Shown piece after piece: positions 24,961 to 32,000 of a DNA stretch of 32,000 bases. A model generated the notes under the pieces. It did no database searches. It was not told the DNA's origin and was given only the letters and a program-made list of their open reading frames with translations. Source of the DNA: an uncultured archaeon (GTDB lineage: Archaea > Asgardarchaeota > Thorarchaeia > Thorarchaeales > Thorarchaeaceae); contig CAYHAA010000011.1 in assembly GCA_964354495.1 (NCBI GenBank), forward strand, positions 76,811 to 108,810. The letters are read 5' to 3'. Both the position numbers and the translations under genes were made by a program. Every line of letters starts with the position of its first letter. Positions within the stretch are counted from its first letter, which is position 1.

Positions 24961-26465
24961 ATGAGGCCACGAGTACATCTCACTGGAGCTTCTTGATCCA
25001 TGGTGGGCGAGGCCTTCAGGGAGATTCTAAGACAACGTTCAAAATACGAAATAGTGTTGATTCTCAGGCCCTCTAGGGCAAATCTGAAGATGTTCAGAGA
25101 ATACCATTCAAACAATCATCTGGCACCAGGTCAGAACGGCGTCGTCGAAGACAATGGAATAAGGATAGCATGGGGCGACCTGAGATGCTACAATGATGTG
25201 CTCAAAGCTGTAGAGGATGTTGACTATGTCCTTCATCCCGCGGCACTCATCGCTCCTGCAGCGGACCACAATCCCGAACCTGCGGAGAAGGTCAATGTTG
25301 GTGGCACTGAGAACATTATTCATTCCGCCAAAGCGCAGGAGGATGGAGCCGCTCGAATCAAGCTCGTGTACATCTCTACGGTGGCAATCTACGGTGACAG
25401 ACTTGCACCAATCTATTGGGTGCGTGCAGGACATCCGTTGAAACCAGGTGTATATGATTTCTATGCGACTACCAAAATACGAGCAGAGCGAGCTGTCATC
25501 GAATCTGGCATAGGACACTGGGTCTCCATACGGCAGACCTACATAGCGATTCCTGATGCAGTGAGTCTCCTAGATCCTATTCTGTTCCATCAGCCTATTG
25601 ATCAGCACATTGAGATGGTTACTGCTGAAGATGCTGGATTTGGGCTCGTTCAATGCCTCGAAATCCCTGATGAGTTCTGGGGCAGGATATACAATATGGG
25701 AGGAGGTCCCTAATGCCGGTTCATCTTCTTTGAGTAAGAGAACGGATAATGAGGAATCTAGGTCTAGGGAACTATCGCAGAATCATGCATCGTCGCTGGT
25801 TCTGTGCACGCAATTTTCACTGTGCATGGATCTCAGATAGCGATGTTCTCAATAGATATCTAGGACATTGGCGTCATAGTCTGGAAGATCACTATCAACA
25901 GGTCAAAGACGCCGCTCCTTGGTACATCAAACTTGCCAAACTCGTTCCATCAAGCGTTATCAAGAGTAGATTCACAGGGAGGATGACCAAGGGAAAGGAC
26001 GGTACGATGCATTGGATACAGGCCAGTAACGAAGGGTGCATTTCAGCATTCTGGGGTTCTCGGGAGAAATGGGAGGAGATACCAAGCTGGTATGAGGACA
26101 TGCCTGATATCGATGCGAAGGCATACATGCTCGACCATGGATATGATGAGAGCAAGAGCGAGGATGATTTGGCAATAGAATATATGCAGGGAGCGACTCG
26201 ATTTCGTGGAGGCGAATGTTTCTTATCAGTCTTTGAAGCTATGAGAGAGAAACTGAGGTGGAGATGCGCCTTTGGACATGAGTTCGAAGCTACTCCTGTC
26301 CTGATACTGAAAGGAGGTCATTGGTGTCCTGAATGTCTTCCGCCACTGTGGAATTATGACAAGATAGCAATGAGGAATTCTTTCTTCGCACAGATATACT
26401 ACACTAACCACGATGAAAATGAAAGCAATTACTACGATAGGAATTGTTACGAGGATATCCTCTAG
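24961..26465 (+). pseudogene. Disrupted NAD-dependent epimerase/dehydratase (extended SDR) with C-terminal zinc-ribbon-like domain
   Basis: ATG 24961 reads MRPRVHLTGAS*SM, with TGA 24994 in the Rossmann TGASG motif. YxxxK (YATTK) is present. TAA 25711 and a 1-nt shift near 25735 separate it from the 25749..26465 part (WRCAFGHEF...GGHWCPEC). Confidence 0.85.
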
Positions 26466-27331
26466 AAGGTCCAGCCAAAATCGAAAGCTCGCCTGTCGTC
26501 ACTCTCTGGTGCACTGAAATAGTGTCCCACTCTGAGGGGCAAGCAAACCGACTTGTCCCGTGCCCAAGGTACATCCAAGGTCACCTTGATGTAGGTCTTA
26601 TTCGATAGAATTTCCCGGCTGAACTCAGAGGGCATATTCTCGTTGGTTTCTAATTGAACATCAATCCAGAGGCCACGCTCTATCATAGCATTCTCGAAAT
26701 ACTCCTTCGCAGAAGTGGATCTGAAGGTCCGATGATGATGCTTTGTGCTGGCTTCTTCTTCAGATATCAGCTCGACTCTTACTCCCCTTATCTTCACATC
26801 ATTCGCCGCGCAGAATCTCAGTCTAATGGGAGTGCCAATGCTACATACATCGTCCTTGATCTCAACATCGAGAATAGGAACTCCATCTTTTTCAATCGAG
26901 GCATGTTGCGGCTGGGAAGAAGGCATTCTCTCATGGCTCTCGACTTCGATAGAAACTTGTTTTCTTGCATCTCTTGCAAGAGATCTCTCAATAATGCCTG
27001 TGAGCGTGTATTCTATCCAACCATGAATTCCGCCGTAGCTTGAAGGTATGGATTCTGGAAGCTGAAAACGAAAATGAAACTGCATACCCTCGATAGTCAT
27101 AATTCCCTCACCTTCTATTTTGAGCCTGTCAGAGAAGTACACTCTCTCATCTGTATGCACAGTTGAAGTCTTTCCGTGCTGAACGACTATTCGCGTGTGT
27201 TCTCTTCCCATGAAGATAAGTTGAATCGCATTATACCGGAACTCCTCGTCAGAAGCTATCAGCATATCCCCTTCGACCGAGTCGCCTGGACTGTACTCTT
27301 TACGGTCCGTTACAATCTCTATGCGCCGCAA
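26462..27331 (-). CDS. Arrestin-fold protein (arrestin N and C domains; alpha-arrestin/Vps26/SpoOM-like)
   Basis: Y.PGD.VEG.., I.L.F.G.E.T, F.F.FQLP..IPSSY.G..G.IEY.L...I.R pattern, followed by a second beta-rich domain. TTG start 8 nt after GGAGGA. Confidence 0.8.
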   Translation of the reverse strand: MRRIEIVTDRKEYSPGDSVEGDMLIASDEEFRYNAIQLIFMGREHTRIVVQHGKTSTVHTDERVYFSDRLKIEGEGIMTIEGMQFHFRFQLPESIPSSYGGIHGWIEYTLTGIIERSLARDARKQVSIEVESHERMPSSQPQHASIEKDGVPILDVEIKDDVCSIGTPIRLRFCAANDVKIRGVRVELISEEEASTKHHHRTFRSTSAKEYFENAMIERGLWIDVQLETNENMPSEFSREILSNKTYIKVTLDVPWARDKSVCLPLRVGHYFSAPESDDRRAFDFGWTF

Positions 27332-27403
27332 CCAAGACTTCCTCCTGATTTCAGTCCTTCTATGTTGCGAAGCCTTTTGATATTTCGCTATTTGAAATCG
27401 AAC

Positions 27404-28600
27404 TCAGAATCTCAGGTATGAAAGGAACACGTCAGCAGGGAAGATTGCTTCAAGTTTCGATGCCGCTTGACTAGTACACTCTATCTCATCAAAGGCTCTA
27501 AGCATGGTGGCTGATGAGAGACCGGAAACCACCTCTGAGAATTGAAACTCACTGAGTGTAATATCAGGAGCCTTATCGACACGGTCAGCCACGAGTTTCC
27601 CTTTCTCAGGCGTTAGAGTGTATACTCCAGAATTCCATGGACATTGGCTATCCTTGAGTTCGATTGTCACCCCTTCGGTAGCCTGTTCCGGAATTCGAAT
27701 CCTTCGGCAATAGCCCTCAATGTCAATAACCCTCATCATCATTGAGCCAATGTCGTAGGTTTCGGCGTTCAACTCAAGGAAGAAATGGCGTAGCGGCACT
27801 TCTGAATCTGTCCACCATGTTATCGTCTGCACATTCGCAACGTAGTTGTAAACGAGGTCCAAAATTGCTGGTAGCACACCATCAGTCTTGTATCGAGTCA
27901 GTCCAATCTGCAAATCCAGACCTTGACCCGTGCTGTCATGTTTTCGAAATGTGAAAGCGACCGTTCCGACTGGCTCTGAATCTCTCTCGAGAATGTGCAG
28001 ATTTCCCTGTTTCATGGCATCCTCCCAAGTCCTTCTAGGCATGAAGAAACGAGAGCCAAATCTCGCCATAGACTTCTCAACTTCTATTGCTTTGTCAATA
28101 TCGTCTTGGTCCATAGCTTCGTGAGAAGCAATATCTGACGGTCCTACCACTCTCTTTAGTTGCTGTCGCGTGAACACGTGCTTCGATCGCTTCTCTGCAA
28201 GTGCGTAACCGAACTTCTCATAGAAAGGTCGATAGAAGGGATCAAGGATTGTTAGTACTGCTCCTTCTTCATGCATCTTTGGGAAGGATATGTCGAAGAG
28301 CCTACGAACAAGTCCACGCCTTCGGTAGTGAGGCTCTGTGGCCACCGCCCACACTCCGCCGAATGTCACTGGTTTGCCTCGAATCACGTCATTATCGGTG
28401 ACAAAGAAGGACAGGTTAGAGACGACCCTGCTATTGTCGACTGCGACGTAAGCCCAATCACTCTTCTGGGGCTGATGCCAGTTTTTGAACCAGTCAGCTT
28501 TCCGTATGTCCTCAATACTCTGTGTTGCCTCAAATGCTCTCCAAAGAACTCGCAGGACTGACTCTCTGTCTTCTTCTCGAGCCTCTCTAATCTCTATCAT
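27404..28600 (-). CDS. Eis-like GNAT acetyltransferase with C-terminal SCP2-like domain
   Basis: GGVWAVATEPHYRRRGL, L.PF..PFYEKFGY, MMRVID.EG and L.D..CPWNSG.Y motifs. Confidence 0.88.
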   Translation of the reverse strand: MIEIREAREEDRESVLRVLWRAFEATQSIEDIRKADWFKNWHQPQKSDWAYVAVDNSRVVSNLSFFVTDNDVIRGKPVTFGGVWAVATEPHYRRRGLVRRLFDISFPKMHEEGAVLTILDPFYRPFYEKFGYALAEKRSKHVFTRQQLKRVVGPSDIASHEAMDQDDIDKAIEVEKSMARFGSRFFMPRRTWEDAMKQGNLHILERDSEPVGTVAFTFRKHDSTGQGLDLQIGLTRYKTDGVLPAILDLVYNYVANVQTITWWTDSEVPLRHFFLELNAETYDIGSMMMRVIDIEGYCRRIRIPEQATEGVTIELKDSQCPWNSGVYTLTPEKGKLVADRVDKAPDITLSEFQFSEVVSGLSSATMLRAFDEIECTSQAASKLEAIFPADVFLSYLRF

Positions 28601-28732
28601 TACTCTTCTGGCGAGATTTCTAGTAAAAAAGTCTTTTCGGCCAGCACATTTGTCGAATTTGACTTATCAGCAAATCTGGAAATCAGGCAATTCTGAGGAT
28701 GCGTTTAAATCCCGACACAATAGCGGCCCCCT

Positions 28733-29533
28733 ATGCATCCAGCTTTCCTTCCAATGGCCGAGGCTATTCTAAATCGCCGTTCTTGTAGACACTTCCGTCT
28801 AGTCACCTTGACTCCTGAACATGAGGCGCAGGTTAGGCGGTTCTTGTCTGAAATTACAGCCCCATTCGACCATCAAGTATCACTGACCTATCACGTTGTG
28901 CCTGAAGACAAAAGCATCGTGTACTTCGAGGGGCCGAAGCAGTTCGTAGCTCTATCATCAATAGAAACGCCAGTTGAACAAGCTAAGCTGGGATTTCTGG
29001 GAGAGCCATTGATACTCTATAGCGAGAGTATTGGAATCAGAACCTGTTGGATGGGTCATTTTAGAGCCAAGGAAGTTCATGATATTATGTTAGCTACCTC
29101 AATGCCATAGGATGATCATTGACTATTCTCCATCATTCTCCTTGGATATATTCCAGAGAAGACAGGTTTCTTGGACCGTTTCTCCATGAAACGCATGTCC
29201 AAGAAGAATAGGCCTCTGGAGTCTTTCCTTCATGAGGAATCGTTGACTGAGTTTCCCGATTTCATCAGGTCATCGCTTGAACTTGCATCAAGAGCACCTT
29301 CTGCCATGAATTCGCAGAAATGGTACTACCTAGTAAGGAAAGCTAATGATGCCTATTCGATTGAGCTTAGCAAACCCAGAAGGTATCAACATTTCAAATG
29401 GAAACACTATGACATTGATGTTGGAACAGCGGCTGCGCATCTTTGGCTTGGTCCAAAGACCAAAGGGAAGAACGCTGAAGTAAGTGTTGTCGATGGTGGT
29501 GGAGATGCAGTATGGAGATTCCTTTGTACCTAA
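28733..29533 (+). pseudogene. Disrupted nitroreductase-family protein
   Basis: AI..RRSCR, G.LGE..IL.....GI.TCWMG, LGY.P and APSA.NSQ.W motifs lie in one reading frame broken by TAG 29108 and TGA 29120. Confidence 0.75.
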
Positions 29534-29570
29534 GAATCAACGAAATCAACTGGGGACACTCACCTCATTT

Positions 29571-29705
29571 GAGGCCTGTAACCTTCCTCGGGTAGTATCG
29601 ATGCAACCATCACATCTTCTATCAAGATATCTTTCGCATCAAAGAAGAAAATGCCTGTATCAGTGCTTGTCATTTCTCGACAAGAGAGGCCTGTAACCTT
29701 CTTCG
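29571..29705. repeat. 20-bp direct repeat (one mismatch), copies at 29571..29590 and 29686..29705
   Basis: GAGGCCTGTAACCTTCCTCG versus GAGGCCTGTAACCTTCTTCG, 115 bp apart. Both read EEGYRP on the minus strand. Confidence 0.7.
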
Positions 29706-29911
29706 AGTTTTTGGCGCACCCTCTGTGCAAGGAACAGCTCCGCTGCATTCATACTGGGGAACTCTCGAGAACCTCGATGACCAGGAGTACCCACCTTGCC
29801 GAAGTGGACTGTGACCGACTTACCATTGAGCTCGGCATTCCAGAATTGCTGAGTCCCATTGATAGGATCGACTTGTATCAATTGCCCAGTGCTCTTGGAG
29901 TTGGTACCCAT
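29660..29911 (-). CDS. Stand-alone WGR-domain protein
   Basis: LIQVD....QFW...L.G.SVTVHFGKVGT.G....EF.S...A......QKLEEGY matches the WGR pattern, with FGK in place of WGR. Confidence 0.75.
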   Translation of the reverse strand: MGTNSKSTGQLIQVDPINGTQQFWNAELNGKSVTVHFGKVGTPGHRGSREFPSMNAAELFLAQRVRQKLEEGYRPLLSRNDKH

Positions 29912-30129
29912 CGCAGTTCAGTCCCGTCGCAACGGATGGTGGTTACAAACAATGAACCAATCATATAGTTTACGATAGGGCGAACCATTAGGAGCATCAT
30001 GGGCTTCAGGGGTGTAGGTAGCGCCTATACTTGAATAATTACACGAGGATAACTGTTATAATAGATTGCACACCATTGTAGCAAGCTGATACCAAGTATC
30101 TGAAGTAGCGCCGCAGGAGTACCATCCCG

Positions 30130-30714
30130 ATGAATTCGAATTCTACCAATGAGGCAATGTACAAGTTAGTCCTTGTTGGAGATGGGGCGGTCGGCAAGAC
30201 AAGCATACGTCGAAACTACTTGGGGAAGGGATTCATCTCAAGCCACATCGCTACGATTGGCGTCGATTTCGCCCAGAAATATGTGTCTGTAGGCCAGCAA
30301 GCAGTGCGGTTAGTCATTTGGGATCTCTCTGGCCAGACCAGCTTCGAGCGAGTCAGAAAGCACTACTACCAGGGCTGCAGGGCACTTCTTCTTGTGTACT
30401 CTGTGGTGGAGCGTGAAACATTCGATAATCTGACAAGATGGTTGACAGAGGTCTACAGGTATATCCATGAGATACCTCCTACGGCCATTCTTGGAAACAA
30501 AAGGGACCTACGAAGTTCCGAGGTGCAAGAAAGCGAGGTTTCAACTGAGGATGGCCTCAGATTCAGAGATCTGTTCGTCGATAAGTTGGGTGTTCCTGCA
30601 GTGTTCCACGAAACCAGTGGGAAAACGGGAGAGAACATTCAGGAGGCATTCTCAGAGATTACCAAGATACTACTCAATGAAGACTCAAAGAAGCAGGCAA
30701 AGGCTCCTCATTGA
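30130..30714 (+). CDS. Rab-like small GTPase (Ras superfamily)
   Basis: G1 GDGAVGKT, switch I TIGVDF, G3 WDLSGQ, YYQG, G4 NKRD and G5 ETSGK. No C-terminal prenylation Cys. Confidence 0.92.
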   Translation: MNSNSTNEAMYKLVLVGDGAVGKTSIRRNYLGKGFISSHIATIGVDFAQKYVSVGQQAVRLVIWDLSGQTSFERVRKHYYQGCRALLLVYSVVERETFDNLTRWLTEVYRYIHEIPPTAILGNKRDLRSSEVQESEVSTEDGLRFRDLFVDKLGVPAVFHETSGKTGENIQEAFSEITKILLNEDSKKQAKAPH

Positions 30715-30796
30715 GACATGTTGACTGTCCAGAGAGATTCTCTCCAATCTCCGTCGAAAGAAGCTTGATATTCTCACAATACTCCCATTCTCGCGT

Positions 30797-31708
30797 TTGA
30801 CGTTGAAGGTTTCCACAGTGGAGAAGGAAATACGCGTTTACAGTTTCTGCCCTTGTTTCAAGGATTTTGAGGGCGAGCTGATATGCTTGAATAATGATAG
30901 TCTCAATGATGTCGAGCATACAATATTCGCTCCGGACATCTTGAACCGTGATGCCTCACTCAAAAGCATCAAAGGTTTCGAGATCAGTGACGGTCGCACC
31001 TGCTATTCTTCTGTCTACACATATGACGGATGTACCTACTGCTCCTCACAGGGAGACAGAATCAGAATTCATAAGACTGACATCGCTGCAAATATGCTTG
31101 AATCAGCAATTAAGTTCTATTCACTTGGACCAACTGAGATTACCGTGGACTGCGCCTCGTGCATCTATGGCATACTTCTTGCACTAGTTCTTACGCAAGA
31201 CCAAGCATCGGTCAAACGGTACCTAGATGAGTTTTCCCTGAAGATTGCCATCAGGTTCTCAGAATTAGAACTTGACGAGATAGATGAGAATACCCCCTAT
31301 TTTGATGTTATCCAGGAGTATCTGGTAAAACTGCTTGAAAACGAGTACTATTGGAAAGAACTTCACGAAAGACTCGTTGCGAGTCATGGACAGGCACATC
31401 TGATAAGGTTCGTAAGTATGATGGAACAACTGGATCGTTTGCAGTTTCTCTTCTACAGTCAGGTCATTAATATCCGCAGCGTTCAAAACTCTCGATTGCT
31501 CGTAAGAATGCTCTCTCAGATTCTTCGAACATCAAAGAACATTCTTGACCTTAATGGCGAAATCCATTCCCTTGTCGCCTCCCAGGCAATCAGAGGGAGC
31601 GATGAGGATAGCTTGCTCATTTCGAGGATAGAGGAATACAAAGGAAAGAGTAGGACTATAGACCACTTCTTCGGAAACATCGCGGACATCATGAAGGGCT
31701 CGAGGTAA
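30797..31708 (+). CDS. Hypothetical protein downstream of the GTPase
   Basis: 303-aa ORF with a Cys-containing N-terminal half and a helical C-terminal half. The frame is open upstream to an in-frame CTG at 30725. Confidence 0.68.
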   Translation: MTLKVSTVEKEIRVYSFCPCFKDFEGELICLNNDSLNDVEHTIFAPDILNRDASLKSIKGFEISDGRTCYSSVYTYDGCTYCSSQGDRIRIHKTDIAANMLESAIKFYSLGPTEITVDCASCIYGILLALVLTQDQASVKRYLDEFSLKIAIRFSELELDEIDENTPYFDVIQEYLVKLLENEYYWKELHERLVASHGQAHLIRFVSMMEQLDRLQFLFYSQVINIRSVQNSRLLVRMLSQILRTSKNILDLNGEIHSLVASQAIRGSDEDSLLISRIEEYKGKSRTIDHFFGNIADIMKGSR

Positions 31709-31763
31709 TGCTCCTGAGCAGCTGCAAGAAGAGGTGGTCAACAATTCCTCTTCGAATATTCGT

Positions 31764-32000
31764 CTAAAGAGACTTCTCGAACATCTTGACAAACTCAGAG
31801 AACTGGTCAATACCCTTCTGCCAGAACTCCTCAGCAGTGATGTCGAAGCCAATTTCCGCTGCGAGGTCTCGTGGCGATCTACTAGAGCCAGCTGCCAGAA
31901 GCGTCTTGAGCTTTGGAACGAATCCCTTTCCCTGCTCCTTGTACAGTCTGTACATTGCATAGACGAAGAGCTGGGCATAGACATACGGATAGTTGTAGTA
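31764..32000 (-). CDS. pepF: M3 family oligoendopeptidase F, C-terminal end (gene enters from the window edge)
   Basis: YYNYPYVYAQLF...Y..Y...G..F......L.AG.S.SP.DL...GFD.....FW..G matches the PepF C-terminus. The frame is open from base 32000. Confidence 0.85.
   Translation of the reverse strand, partial: YYNYPYVYAQLFVYAMYRLYKEQGKGFVPKLKTLLAAGSSRSPRDLAAEIGFDITAEEFWQKGIDQFSEFVKMFEKSL

Noticed and set aside
17470-29122. In-frame TGA codons as selenocysteine or stop-codon reassignment
   Set aside because: The TGAs fall at probable Trp and Gly positions rather than Cys. TAA and TAG stops and frameshifts accompany them, and all three stop codons end normal genes in this window.
29571-29705. CRISPR array or IS end
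   Set aside because: Only two copies, 20 bp long, with no cas or transposase gene and no terminal inverted repeats.
30088-30100. GATAC-caa-GTATC as a second copy of the 13846 inverted repeat
   Set aside because: Only 5-bp arms and different spacing; expected by chance.
20-31984. Numerous short track ORFs overlapping assigned genes (e.g. 2016..2435, 10166..10501, 19823..20287, 24861..25115, 25108..25518, 26654..27043, 31532..31984)
   Set aside because: Antisense or alternate-frame shadows of well-supported genes, with Ser/Pro/Arg-rich composition and no family motifs.

Overview
Gene-dense archaeal chromosomal window. It is most likely from an Asgard archaeon, probably Thorarchaeia. This is an inference from a Rab-like small GTPase, an arrestin-fold protein, a probable profilin-fold protein, a Sulfolobus-type geranylgeranyl reductase and a LipS2-type radical SAM enzyme; no search was run. 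Main contents: (1) a tightly packed minus-strand run of agmatinase, TrmB, GGR, M23-like protein, LipS2, LplA and LplB (lipid saturation plus archaeal lipoate assembly); (2) a cell-surface protein and membrane partner divergent from a winged-helix regulator; (3) a four-gene BMP/CUT2 nucleoside-type ABC transporter whose ATPase carries a ~90-aa hydrophobic insertion and whose first permease has a ~130-aa membrane extension; (4) three disrupted accessory genes with locally clustered lesions; (5) several eukaryote-signature-like genes and a stand-alone WGR protein. Non-coding signals include two perfect 18-bp palindromes at promoters, an 11-bp motif shared by two promoters, three hairpin plus U-tract terminator-like elements, and strong Shine-Dalgarno sites followed by ATT or ATC instead of ATG. 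I found no rRNA, tRNA, CRISPR array or transposase. All family assignments come from motif recognition by eye.
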